Numbered from the whole stretch's first letter, positions 1 to 12,549 are shown. The stretch is 63,233 nucleotides of DNA, filler included, from Octopus bimaculoides (GCF_001194135.2; 7 parts of 6 records of this genome joined end to end with filler, not necessarily neighbours in it), one strand, 5' to 3'. Notes: generated from the letters alone by a model not told the origin. Made by a program: numbers and translations.

Positions 1-559
1 GGGGGGGGGGAGTGAGGTGGACCGTAGTAGACGATATTTTCCCCAAGGTGGACACTCAGTGGGACTGGACGTGAGACCCACATGGTCTCCATGTGAGCTT
101 CTTAACCACGCCGCCATGCCCATACCACTCAGAAACCAGTACAGAATACTCAGCACATATTGTCATCATTTATTATCTGACCGATTCCCCACCCACCCAC
201 ACCTTACTCACTCCTGAGTAACAACAAAGGGGTGAATCATGAATAGACCTGCAATAAATATCAACCCTTTATTCTGCACCAAATGCTGTTTTTTCGTTTT
301 TGTTTGTAAACATTAACACCAGAAATATATGATGTGATACACCTGTATGTATGGATGTGTATGTGTGTGGAGGAGGCTGTTGAGTGCGCTCAGGGTTAAA
401 TCAATAAATATCTATGAATGTAGGTGACGATTCTTCTCATGTCCAGCAATAGAAAGTTTAATTGCTCTGGGGAAAAAAAAAATGAAATCTTCCTGTAGCT
501 GAACAAAAGAAAGCGAGAAAGAAAAAGTTAAAGTAACAAGGAAAGAGAAGAAAACCTAC

Positions 560-593
<34 letters not shown>

Positions 594-633
594 TGAAGGA
601 CAGACAAAAGTATTAAGCATGAAAGAGGGAGAG

Positions 634-670
<37 letters not shown>

Positions 671-718
671 TTGTGTGTGTGGTTGTGTGTGTGGTTGTGT
701 GTGTGTGTGTGTGTGTGT

Positions 719-749
<31 letters not shown>

Positions 750-1239
750 GATCCAACTTGAAATTAACCTTTTTTTTTCTCGTTTTTCTATTTAAAACCA
801 GAAACTAAATCTTCAATAAACAAACCCGAAGACATAAACCTGTTTTTTTCTTTGTTTTTTGTTTTTTTGGAAACGATTTTATTGGCGTTTTTTTTTATTA
901 AATTTTCCTTTCTTTTTTTCTTCTTTTTTCTTTTGATTTCTTTGTTATTATCAGATTGGCGTGATTGTGAGAACGGCAGTTAAAATGTTTCTGTGACAAT
1001 TTTTTGGGGGGCTTTACTGTTCTGAGTTCAAATCCTGCTATGATGGAGTCATTCTCGTCTTTCATCCTTCTGGGGTTGGAAAATAAATATGCCATTCAAT
1101 AAGTTGTGGCTTAGGACAGGGGGGGACAGCGGGGAAGGGGGCATCATAATCCCCTGGACTCAAGACTGGAGCTTGACCCAATTTCCATAGCATTTAAGGG
1201 ACAAAGAACAGAACCCTACCCCCACTGAACAAGAGACCA

Positions 1240-1410
1240 GTGCACCCCAGGGTCAACTTCCCAGTTATTTGTTGGTACTCATTTACAGTTGAGTGAACTG
1301 AGGCAATGGGAAATAAAGTGTTTTGCTCAAGAACACAATGTACTACCCAACCTGGGAATTGAAACCATGATCTTGTGATCAGGAGTGCACCACCTTAATC
1401 ACTAGACCCT
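1240..1410 (-). mobile_element. tRNA-derived CORE-like SINE (family B)
   Basis: Reverse strand gives GGTCTAGTGATTAAGG (A box), GGTTTCAATTCCC (B box) and a CORE-like segment (TGTTCTTGAGCAAAACACTTTATTTC...CTGTAAATGAGTACC). Relatives at about 6420-6590 (-), 10170-10460 (-), 12120-12225 (+). Confidence 0.7.
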
Positions 1411-1538
1411 GCAACTTCACATTCAAGAATTGGGATTGCTATATTCTAGTGTTACCTCCCATGCCCTTCCCTTGAGATTTCTGGCTTTGTCCTTGTGCCT
1501 ATGTAAGAAATTATTATTATTATTATTATTATTATTAT

Positions 1539-2067
1539 CTTTGAGTGAGAGAGCAGCATATGCCATCAGAGTGACACTGGGGTAAAATATACAAAGCCCA
1601 TTATACCCATCATTACTACCCCCCTGATAAGGGTACACCAGGCACATGCATCACAACCATATGTGCGTGACCTTGCAGGTGGGGCCCAGTTAGAATCTTC
1701 TTCAGGTTGAGTAGCCCATCCCACTCAAAAGGTCCCTGAATAAGGATTGTTTAAGGATGTTGAGCAAAACAACCATGTTTCCAAAGGTGAATTATTCAAA
1801 CCACAAAGAATTCCTCTCAACACATGGCTATGATGCTCCCCCACTACTTCTGCTCATGATCAGAGATGCACATATCGTCAGCCTCCAAGGGACATGCTCA
1901 ACTGGTTACGGCTAAACAACTGACAAGCAAATCTGTGGTATTGAGTAGAATATTGGCTGTAGTCCATCTTTTATACCAAGACAAAACAATGTACACGATA
2001 ACACATCCAATCAATTAAGATCAGAAACCATGAGAGCCACTGCCTGGTACTGCATCAGGGCATTTAT
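1539..2067 (-). mobile_element. Interspersed retro-repeat (family C), probably a LINE/SINE 3' part with (TAA)n tail
   Basis: Highly similar to 7895-8272 and 2370-2540. Orientation inferred from the adjacent (TTA)n at 1511-1538. Confidence 0.65.
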
Positions 2068-2209
2068 TATGCCCTGATGCAGTACCAGGCAGTGGCTCTC
2101 ATGGCTTCTGATCTTAACTGATTGGAAGTGTTATCATGTACATTATTTCATCTTGGTATAAAAGATGGGCTACAGCAAATATTCTGCTTGTACTGCATCA
2201 GGGCATTTA
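1945..2209. repeat. Fold-back inverted repeat of the family C end (about 120-bp arms, 5-nt loop)
   Basis: GAGAGCCACTGCCTGGTACTGCATCAGGGCAT-ttatt-ATGCCCTGATGCAGTACCAGGCAGTGGCTCTC is perfect at the centre; arms continue at roughly 90% to about 1945 and 2188. Confidence 0.9.
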
Positions 2210-2774
2210 TTATTATTATCATTATTATTATTATCAGCATCATTATTATTATTATTATCATTATTATTATTATCATTATTATTATTATTAAGGTGGCAAG
2301 CTGACAGAATCATTATCACGCTGGACAAAATCCTATCTTTCCTTCAAACTTTGCTTTTGTCTCATTTATTCAAACTTCCAAAGAATCCCTCTCCACACAT
2401 GGCTATGATCCCTCCCCACGCCACAATACTCCTGCTCAAGATCAGAGATTCCCATATTGTCAGCCACCGAGGGACATGCTCAACTGGTTATGGTCAAGCA
2501 ACTGACAAGCAAATCTGGAGTATTGAGCAGAATATTTATTTCCTATAATGATATTTCTGCCTCAGCAAATCAGTGCTGAATCTGTCTGAAATGTAATGGA
2601 AAATAGGTCAGTTTCGAAACAGGTCAGAAAAGTAAAGTGTGAAGGGAATAGTAGTCATTTCCTTTGATTTCTAGATTGAAGCAAATGGGAAAGAGCACTT
2701 ACTAACCGAAGACAAAAAGAAATGAAAATTTTCTGACAAACTGTTATTATTATTACTACTACTACTACTACTAC

Positions 2775-2826
<52 letters not shown>

Positions 2827-3109
2827 CATTCATACGCCACTTTAGTTATCAGGGATCCTCTCTTGAGGTTTGATGACACCAAATCTCCTCAAATCTCAAG
2901 GGTCATTCTTAGGATTCTTACCAAATACAAGATGGCACTTTCTTTCCAGTTCTCTTCTGGAAGAATAAGTACCTTTGTCTTTCGTCCTTTTGGGAGGGTC
3001 AATAAAATAAAGTACCAGTCAGGTACCGGGGTCAATGTAAACCAGACTTACACTCTGCCCTGATTTGAAATTTGAAATTGTTTGAAATTATGGTTTGTTT
3101 GAAATATTT

Positions 3110-3725
3110 ATATAGACGCACACATACATATGGACACTCATACAAGGATACGTATATCTAAGGGTACATGTACTCACAAAGATGTTCACATATGCACAAA
3201 TACAAGGATTCACAAAAGAAAAAACACATGCACATGCAGACACACACACACTCACACATACACAGAAGGAAACACATGCATACACACAAGGACACACATA
3301 TACTTCCACATATGAACACACACACACACATTCACGCAAGTGCATACACGTACATAGACACAAGGACACACACATTCACACAAGTCCATACACATACATA
3401 GACACAAGGACACACACACACATACACACAAGGACATACACACATACACACAAGGGCACATACACACATACACACAAGGACACACACACATACACACAAG
3501 GACACACACACACACATGCACACAAGTGCATACACAGACACACACACACAAGGACACAAACCTATGCACTCAAGGAAACACATACATACACACACAAGGA
3601 AGCACTCACACATACATACACACAAGGACACACACACACACACACACATGCACACAAGTGCATACACAGACACACACACACAAGGACACACACACAGAGA
3701 AAGAAGCAACTTTCACACACACATG
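3110..3725. repeat. Compound (CA)n / CACAAGGA minisatellite
   Basis: Repeated CACACAAGGACACACAC units; source of the spurious His/Thr and Cys/Val ORFs. Confidence 0.9.
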
Positions 3726-4229
3726 AACACTCTCAGGATGAAAGAAGAAATAGGATATAAAAAGAAAATAAATCCGGTTCCTGTACACAACAAAATAGTA
3801 AAAATTATAAAACTAACGACAATAATGAATGAAATAATAATGATAATAAAATGATGTGAACGAAAAAGAATGAAAAGAAAATAAAAAGAAATATCGGCGA
3901 CAAAAGAAAGAGTGTGAATAAAAGAAACAGAGAGAACTAGAGTTTTAATAAGCACTGATGGTGTCAGTGGTGACCGCTGGTGGTTGGTGCACACAGATGC
4001 TTGATTTGAGTATAATATGAGGGGAGGAGCTTGAATTCGGTTTCGGTGATGTAATGTCAAAAAATAAGAATGCAAAACAATAAGATCGGTTTTTCTGTGG
4101 GTGGCAGTGTTTAAACAATGTCTCGTTGCAATTGGTGCTGATTTTCAAGTCACATGGTACTCATTAACTGATCATTTAAGAGCAGCCGGATATATCGGAG
4201 AAGTTTATTTGATTGCAGATTGGCTGACT

Positions 4230-4600
4230 AAATGTTGCATTGGCTCACCTAACAGCAGTGCAGTGAGAGATTTAAACTGCAGTTGTACAGTAACTTAATT
4301 AAAAGCAGTGAAGTGGCTTAATTAACAACAGTGCAGGGACTAATTTTGCAGTGGCATAGAAACAAATCTTGTTGCAGTTCATTGAAGTACCTAACAGTGG
4401 TGCAGTGTGTAATTTTACAGTTGTGCAATAACTAATCTAACGACAGTGCAGTGCCTAATTCTGAAGTCCTTCAATAACATTTAATAGCAATGCAACTGCA
4501 CCTCGCAGCAGTGCAGTGATTAATCTCATATGTGCAGTGACTTACAAAAACAGTTGTGCATTTGCTTACCTTACTGCAGTGCAGTTTGTAACTTAACAAT
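4230..4600. repeat. Degenerate (CAGTG)-based repeat array
   Basis: Many TGCAGT/CAGTGCAGTG words spaced by TAAT/TAAC-containing linkers. Confidence 0.6.
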
Positions 4601-5396
4601 CGTGTCAAGACTAAACTAACGTCACTTGGCTAAAAGACAAGAAATTTCGCTCATTTTTTTGGAAATACTCAAAGATTTTACTATTACCAGTGGAAGAAAA
4701 TAATTTCGGAGAGAAACAAAGGCCAGAGAACGTATCGAAATATCAGAGTCTTCTGTAATATACACACATGTACACTTGTATATATATTTGCAAAACAGAA
4801 ATGTATCTATATAAAGATATAGAAATATGTGAATGTATAGATGTAGATTGAGATTTCAGGAAATTGCAGAAACAGAAAGCAACAGACTTTAAGAAGGTCG
4901 TTTAAAGAAATACAGAAAAGGGTTCTACTTGGTCAAAAAAGAAGCACAGGAAAAAATTTTGGTTGATTAAATTTTATCCAAGGTTTTTTTTTCTCTAGAA
5001 ATAACATTAATATTGTTATTAATATATTTGACAACACTATCATCAACATCATACAAAGGACCAGAAGAAAATGGTTGTTCCCTGCAGAAGCTGAAAAGGC
5101 CAACGCAACAACAAGAACAGGAAATTATTATGATAGTGAGGAAAAGGTGTGTGTTGAAGGATTACGGAGTAAGGTTGGTCAAATAAGAAGAACAGCAGGA
5201 AACAGAGGAAACGGTCTGAGCTTTGGAGAAGAATTGAATGAAGTGACACAGCATAGAAGAAGAACAAGAACAAGAAGATTGGTAGAGTGAAATAAAGAGA
5301 GAAGAAAATAAGAGGAGCAGGAGGAGAACGGGATAAAGATTTAAAGAGGAAAATCAAAGAAGGAAAGAAGAATAACAAGAAGAATAATAAGGACAT

Positions 5397-5442
<46 letters not shown>

Positions 5443-5777
5443 GAAACACTGCAAAGGGAAGAACTAAACTGACCCCCCCTCCTGGCAATAAGAACATTAA
5501 TTGGAAGAAGGACAAAGTCAAGTAAAAACCAATTGAAGCAGAAGGAGTTTGAACCAAGGTGGACCTAACCAAACTGAGCTAGACCCAACAGAACCAAGCA
5601 GGACCAGGATTATGGGTGCCCAATTGGATAACAGTCATTCCATACCAAATTATCTTTCTGGTTAACAATATATATACATTTATATATAAACATACTTATA
5701 CACACACACACACACACACACACAGAGGCATACCTCAACTTACATCTCTTTCGACTTCAGTCCACCCTCACACCACC

Positions 5778-6270
5778 TCTTCTCTGCTTCAGTCACTAGG
5801 CTGTGGCCATGCTGGGGTACAGCCTTGAAGAATACTTAGTCAAAAGAATTGACACCAGTGCATATTTTTTGTTTAAGCCCTGTGCTTATCCTATCAGTCT
5901 CTTTTGCTGAACCGCTAAGTTACGTGGACATAAACACACCAACACTGGTTGTCAAGTTGGTGGAGTGGGGTGACAAGCACAGACATAAAGGAATGCTCAC
6001 ATTCACACACAAATACAGAGTTATATATATACATACATACACACACACACACATATATATATATACACACGTACATATATACATAAATAAATACAGATGT
6101 ATGTGTGTGTGTGTTTGTGTGTCAGGCATCATTCAGTTTCCGTCTACCAAATTCACTTACAAGGCTTTGGTTGACCCATGTCTATATTAGAAGATACTTG
6201 CCCAAGGTGCCACACAGTGGGACTGAACCCAAAACCATGCAGTTGGGAAGCAAGCTTTTTACCACGCAGC
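5778..6270 (-). mobile_element. tRNA/CORE-like SINE with internal microsatellite (family E)
   Basis: Reverse-complement match to 9632-10080: head, (TA/CA)n insert and tail. Confidence 0.8.
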
Positions 6271-6662
6271 AAGCTTCAACTTCTCTCAAATTATCCTTCA
6301 GTTTATTAGTCCTCAACAAACTTATTTAGAAATAGAAGAATTTAAACACAAACCACCAAAAGCCATCACTGAAGTGGGAAAACAAATAGAATACATGTAA
6401 AAAAGTATAATATAGTGCTTGCTCCGAGTCATATAGAGTCACTCATAAGGTTAGTTTTCTGGGTTCTGTAGCTTATATGATTCCCCAGTGTATGGGACGA
6501 CGGTCCAGCACAGTGTAGCATTTTGCTCAAAAACACAACACGTCACCCAGTCCAAGAATTGAAACCACAATCCTACGATCATGAGTCCAACAGCTTTCTG
6601 TATGGTCTGCCCTCATTACTCTGTAAGGAGCATAGAGTTGGTTTCCCAGTTTGTCTGGTGTG

Positions 6663-6825
6663 CACGGGAGTGCTGAAAAGTTACTGGGCTTTGAGTGAAA
6701 GAAAATACAAGAGGATAAGTTATGATTTCATTCAACATATTCCTTTCTTGCCATTCACACACTTATTGCAGCGGTCCTTCAGTTTTTCTAAGCCCATAAA
6801 AGAACTCGTTAGGTTGAGCCTCCAG
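6663..6825 (-). mobile_element. mariner 3' end remnant (runs into gap)
   Basis: TIR-like CACGGGAGTGCTGAAAAGTT; minus strand encodes WLEAQPNEFF, like the mariner C-terminus. The same end occurs at 10497-10567. Confidence 0.6.
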
Positions 6826-7420
6826 NNNNNNNNNNNNNNNNNNNNNNNNNNNNNNNNNNNNNNNNNNNNNNNNNNNNNNNNNNNNNNNNNNNNNNNNNNN
6901 NNNNNNNNNNNNNNNNNNNNNNNNNNNNNNNNNNNNNNNNNNNNNNNNNNNNNNNNNNNNNNNNNNNNNNNNNNNNNNNNNNNNNNNNNNNNNNNNNNNN
7001 NNNNNNNNNNNNNNNNNNNNNNNNNNNNNNNNNNNNNNNNNNNNNNNNNNNNNNNNNNNNNNNNNNNNNNNNNNNNNNNNNNNNNNNNNNNNNNNNNNNN
7101 NNNNNNNNNNNNNNNNNNNNNNNNNNNNNNNNNNNNNNNNNNNNNNNNNNNNNNNNNNNNNNNNNNNNNNNNNNNNNNNNNNNNNNNNNNNNNNNNNNNN
7201 NNNNNNNNNNNNNNNNNNNNNNNNNNNNNNNNNNNNNNNNNNNNNNNNNNNNNNNNNNNNNNNNNNNNNNNNNNNNNNNNNNNNNNNNNNNNNNNNNNNN
7301 NNNNNNNNNNNNNNNNNNNNNNNNNNNNNNNNNNNNNNNNNNNNNNNNNNNNNNNNNNNNNNNNNNNNNNNNNNNNNNNNNNNNNNNNNNNNNNNNNNNN
7401 NNNNNNNNNNNNNNNNNNNN

Positions 7421-7464
<44 letters not shown>

Positions 7465-7637
7465 TGTATATCTGTATATTTATCTAGATGTATATAAATG
7501 CTTATTCTTTCTCTTTTTCCTTTCTTTTGTTCTTAAACTGTTTTACAATCATGGTTCAAATACATCTTAAGACACTTCACTCTCAAGTAGCCATGCCTTT
7601 ATTATTGTCATTATTATTATTATTAACATTATCGTTA

Positions 7638-7670
<33 letters not shown>

Positions 7671-7671
<1 letters not shown>

Positions 7672-7889
7672 AGGTGGCGAGCAGACAGAATCGTTAACAC
7701 GCTGGACGAATTGCTTAGTGGTATTTCGCCCGTCGCTACATTCTGAGTTCAAATTCCACCAAGGTTGACTCCACCTTTCATCTTTTCAGGGTCAATGAAA
7801 TAAGTACCAGTTACGCACTGGGGATCGATGTAATCAACTACTCTCCCTCCCCCAAAATTCCAGGCCTTGTGCCTATAGTAGAAAGAATT
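7671..7889 (+). mobile_element. tRNA-derived SINE (family A), full length
   Basis: Head GGTGGCGAGCAGACAGAATCG..CTGAGTTCAAATTCC (B box); tail GGCCTTGTGCCTATAGTAGAAAGAATT. Further copies at about 11140-11340(-), 23621-23831(-), 33653-33846(+), 44821-45045(-), 46680-46810(-), 48095-48305(+), 55552-55763(-), 57355-57560(+), 59810-60010(+), 60640-60790(+). Confidence 0.85.
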
Positions 7890-7894
7890 GTTAT

Positions 7895-8271
7895 GTGAGA
7901 GAGCAGTGCATGCCATCAAAGTGACACTGGGGTAAAATATACGAAGCCCAGTATACCCATCATGACTACCCATCTGATAAGGGTATACCAGGCACATGCA
8001 TCACAACCATATGTGTGTGACATGGTGATCTCATATCAAGATAAACAGCGCATAACCTTGCAGGTGGAGCCCAGTTAGAATTTTCTTCAGGTCGAGTAGC
8101 CCATCCTGCTCAAAAGGTCCCTGAATAAGGTTTGTTTAAGGATGTTGAGCAAAACACCCATGTTTCCAAAGGTGAATTATTCAAACCCCAGAGAATTCCT
8201 CTCAACACATGGCTATGATGCTCCCCCAAAGTGGCTATGATGCTCCCCCAAAGTGGCTATGATGCTCCCCC

Positions 8272-8272
<1 letters not shown>
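7895..8272 (-). mobile_element. Family C repeat, truncated, ending in a 22-bp triplication
   Basis: Matches 1541-1845; (G/A)TGGCTATGATGCTCCCCCAAA x3 at 8209-8271. Confidence 0.7.
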
Positions 8273-8314
<42 letters not shown>

Positions 8315-8329
8315 TGTCTTTCGTTGTAG

Positions 8330-8729
8330 ATCTGCAAAACTTCTTTCTGAGCGAACCCGGAATCATGAGCGACCGAAACATTCAGTTCAAGGCCAGTATG
8401 GTCGGGATGTGGCTGGACATGGAGATCCCTGTGGTTCTGGAACAGATTTCCAATCTGCTGCAGCTGAAGCACTTCCAGAAGGTCAAAGTGCAGCTGAGTC
8501 GGCAGGGCCTGAAACTCACCAAAAAGGGCAAGCTGCCAGGGTTGAGCTCTGAAGACCTGATCCCCTTACAAAACATCGAAGACATCTTTGTTGACAACAG
8601 CATACCGACCTGTTTCATATGCATAACCACTGCATGTTCCAGTTCACCGACGCAAATCATGGCTTTGAAATGCCTCAATGAGATTTGTGCCAGAGGAATC
8701 GTCACCCATTACAAGATACTGACCGGCGA
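8330..8729 (+). CDS. Coding exon A of a spliced gene; PTB/PID (PH-like fold) domain. Possible start ATG at 8365
   Basis: Acceptor TCGTTGTAG|A (AG 8328-29), donor GA|GTGAGT (8730). Open, non-repetitive frame: FKASMVGM..VKVQLSRQGLKL..IPLQNIEDIFVD..PTCFICIT..QIMALKC..CARGIVTHY, which follows the PTB pattern by eye (no HMM run). Confidence 0.8.
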
Positions 8730-8749
8730 GTGAGTACAAATAATCACCA

Positions 8750-9240
8750 TTTTCTTTCTTCATCTTCTACAACTTTTCTACTTCTTCTTCTTCCCCTTCT
8801 TCTTCTTCTTTCTCTTCATCTCCTTCTGTTTCTTTTTCTCCTCTTCTTTCCTTTTTTCTTGTCCTTCCTTTCTTTCTTCTTTCTTTTCTTCTTGTCCGTC
8901 TTTTCTTTCTCCTCCTTTTTCTCCTTCCCCTTCTTCTTTCTCTTCATCTCCTGTTTCTTTTTCTCCTCTTCTTTTCTTTCTTCTTGTCCTTTTCTTTCTT
9001 CTTTTTTCTTCTGCTTCTTTTCCTTTCCTTTTTTCTTGTCCTTCCTTTCTTTCTTCTTTCCTTTCTTCTTGTCCTTTTCTTTCTCCTTTTTCTCCTCCTC
9101 CTTTTTCTCCTTCACCTCCTCCTTCTTCTTCTTCACCTTCTTCTTCTTCTTCCTCTTCTCCTCCACCTCCTTCTCCTTTTCCTTCTTCTCCTTCTCCTTC
9201 TCCGTCTCCTGCTGCTTCTTCTTCTTCTTTTTCACCGAAA
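8750..9240. repeat. Polypyrimidine (CTT/CT)-rich low-complexity tract in the intron after exon A
   Basis: Nearly pure C/T; generates the poly-F/L and poly-K/E ORFs. Confidence 0.9.
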
Positions 9241-9631
9241 CAAGCAAATCCTTAAAGATAAATAATAGAAAAATAACCCAAAAATAGTAAGAAAAAAAAA
9301 GAAACCCAGTCGAAGCCTTGACCAGTGTGAAATACTATCGGGTGGTTTGGTGGGAATTTAATTAGTGACAGGAGAAAAAAATTTTAATTAATTAGTCATA
9401 TTAAAATATTCATTGCTCTAGTTAGCTGAACTCATTAATTTAATGAGATTCATCAGAAATAAAACAATTGTACCCACATTTTAATTTTACTCATTAATAT
9501 TGCTGTTGTTGTTGTTATATAATCCAAAGCTAGTCTGGATCAAGCAGATCTATGACCAAGCGTATGCCAGCCATGACCTCCCCATCTATGTCTTTTTGTT
9601 ATGTTATGTACATACATGTTTTTATACATAA

Positions 9632-9796
9632 GACGCAGGCATGGCTGTGTGGTAAGAAGCTTGCTTCCCAACCACATGCTTCCAGGTTCAGTCCCACTGC
9701 ATGGAACTTTTGGCAAGTGTCTTCTACTATAGCTGCAGGCCGACCAAAGCCTTGTGAGTGGATTTGGTAGACGGAAACTGAAAGAAGCCTGTTGTG

Positions 9797-9841
<45 letters not shown>

Positions 9842-10080
9842 GTATATATATGTATGTGTGTGTATATGGTTGTGTGTCTGTGTTTGTCCCCCCCAACGTC
9901 ACTTGACAACCGATGGTGGTGTGTTTACGTCTCTGTAACTTAGCGGTTCGGCAAAAAGAGACGATAGAATAAGTACTAGGCTGACAAAGAATAAGTCCTG
10001 GGGTCGATTTGCTCGACTAAAGGCAGTGCTCCAGTATGGCCGCAGTCAAATGACTGAAACAAGTAAAAGAGTAAAGAGTA
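9632..10080 (+). mobile_element. Family E SINE, full length, with internal (TA)n
   Basis: Head GCAGGCATGGCTGTGTGGTAAG..GGTTCAGTCCC, CORE-like TTTGGCAAGTGTCTTC, tail GACTGAAACAAGTAAAAGAGTAAAGAG. Other copies at about 40-120(-), 11620-11785(-), 22440-22825(-), 43400-43549(-), 55800-56130(+), 58887-59135(-). Confidence 0.85.
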
Positions 10081-10747
10081 TATATACATACACACATACA
10101 TACATTCATAAACACATACATACATGCAACATATTCAAGCATACATACATACATTAAAACCAATGATGGCACACTGTTGGTTCCGATGATGTGAGTTCCA
10201 GCTGATCTTATAAGGAAAACAGGCTGCTCGTGAAATTAATGTGCAAGTGGCTGAGCACTCCACAGACGTACATACCCTTAATATAGTTTGAGAGGGATTC
10301 AGCGTGACACAGAATGTGACAAGGCTGGCCCTTTTGAATCACAGGTACAACTCATTTTTGCGAGCTGAGTGGACTGGGGCAACATGAAATAAAGGACACA
10401 GTGTGCAGCCGATATTGAACACACAACCTTGCAATTGTGAGCTGAATGCCTCTAACCACTTGCCCATATTCTTTCACATATGTACCCAGGTACATATACG
10501 ACGAGGTGCTGAAAAGTCCCTGCTTTTGGGTAAAAGAAAATACAGGAGGATCAGTTAATTATGATTTNNNNNNNNNNNNNNNNNNNNNNNNNNNNNNNNN
10601 NNNNNNNNNNNNNNNNNNNNNNNNNNNNNNNNNNNNNNNNNNNNNNNNNNNNNNNNNNNNNNNNNNNATATATATGTATGTATATATATATGTGTATGTA
10701 TATTAGTATATATATATATTGTGTGTTTTTTTGGGTTTTTTTTACAG

Positions 10748-10907
10748 CAAGAAGAAACTTGTCCAGTCATTAAGAAATGCTCAGCTTGCTTCTTTGGGTG
10801 CCAGCCAAACATCCAACAATTCCACAAACTCAGACTCCAGTGAGGGAAACAACGACTTGAGTGATGGTGTTGGTAGCAACACTGAATCGGGTTACACCAC
10901 TGACCAT
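10748..10907 (+). CDS. Coding exon B of the PTB-like gene (Ser/Asn-rich linker)
   Basis: TTTTTTTACAG|C acceptor and CAT|GTAAGG donor. Phase-2 entry completes GA|C (Asp) from exon A; exit is phase 0. Peptide KKKLVQSLRNAQ...SGYTTDH. Confidence 0.8.
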
Positions 10908-12401
10908 GTAAGGACACATCTTATTTCATTTCTTTTATTTCTCACCTCATTCAACACACATATCCAGCCAAGCCCCTTTCTTGGGTACCCTTCGTTAAAC
11001 CCACTTTGTTGTATGCATTCAGAGCAAGACCTTCTCCAACCTAACAATAACATAATTTTCTCCTTTCTTTCACAAGTCTCAGAATCCTTTTAAAAGGGAC
11101 ATGAGAAGTTTTTGTCTTTATTTTCATCATTATCATCTTTTGACCAGAAATTTCAGGGTATGGAGGCAAGTTGATTACTTCAACCCCTAGTGCTCAACTG
11201 GTACTTATTTTATTGATCCTACCAAAAGGATGAAAGGCAAAGTCAACCGACCTCAGTGGAATTTGAACTCAAAACGTAAAAATGGACGAAATGCTTCTTA
11301 GTATTTTGCCCAAAATGCTAATGATTCTGTTGCCAGCACATAACCCTTTTCATTGTCATTTAATGCCATCCACTTTTCCCTGCTCACATGGGCCTGATGG
11401 AAATTGTTGAGGCATATTTTCTGTGGCTGTGTACCCTTCCTGTCACCAACCTTCACCCATTTCCAACCAAGGCAATATTTTCCCCACAGTTAGACATGTT
11501 TTTCACAGAAGACTGGAAACAAACAACCTCACTTGTATAACAGGGTTCCTCATTTACAACCATCAAATGATGTCAAGACAAGGGTACACATGCACGCACA
11601 CAAGCGCACATACACACACACATACACATGAGGGGCTTCTTTCAATTTTCATCTACAAAATTCTCATACAAGACTTTGGTGGTCAGCCTGGAGCTATAGT
11701 AGAAGACACTTGCCCAAGGTGCCACACACTAGGACTGAACCCACGACCACATGGTAGGGAAGCAAGTTTCTCAATCACAAAGGCATTAAAAAAAGAAAAC
11801 AAGTATTGATAGAGCCTGGGTAGGGAGCACCAAGAAATGAGAGCTCCCTGTTTTCAACTCACGGGTCCTGTCAATATATTCCCTGACAGCTCAAGTGGAG
11901 CAAGGGTCATCAGACAGGGAATCAATGGTTAATATCTAATCCTTGATATTAACTCCTATTTTTAACTCGTGGATTATTCTGGTCTTGAAAAATCAAGTAA
12001 TTCACTCAACTGACTGATTGATCATACATGTCAGAGTGGCAACTGAATTCTGTGTTAAATTCTTAAATTTTTACAATCCTTTAAAAACAAAATCTGTTTT
12101 TTTCACTGTTTTACAGCTAGTAAATGTATGTGGTCCAGTGGTTAGAAGGCTTAGGTCATAATTATAAGGTTGTGGATTCAGTTCCTAGTCCAGGATATAG
12201 TGTATTGTGTCCTTGGGCAAGTTACAGGCAGAGAAGGCCGGTGCACTCTAACTAGGTACAATACCTTGTAATTAAATCAATGTCTCTCTAACCAAGGACA
12301 GAGCCCTATTGTATACAGTTGTTTTATACATATCTAAAAAAAATACAGTAAATTACTATTTTTAAATCTCACAACATGAGATATTCAACAACAGTACTTT
12401 G

Positions 12402-12549
12402 TAGTAAAGATTGTTTGCCAACATAACATGGCAGTCCTGGTTTAGGACTAATGTTGCTGTAATTTAGACGACGTCTCCTGGGGCTAAATTACAGCAACAT
12501 TAGTCCTAAACCAGGACTGCCATGTTATGTTGGCAAACAATCTTTACTA
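12402..12549. repeat. Perfect 66-bp inverted repeat with 16-nt spacer
   Basis: 12402-12467 is the exact reverse complement of 12484-12549 (checked base by base). Confidence 0.95.

Noticed and set aside
5075-5290. 71-aa ORF as a possible upstream exon of the PTB-like gene
   Set aside because: No recognisable domain; the candidate donor is phase 0 while exon A needs phase 1 if translated through.
6523-7497. Long ORFs spanning N runs (also 36185-37217, 39433-40634, 41724-42677, 49977-50860)
   Set aside because: They are open only because N codons are not stops.
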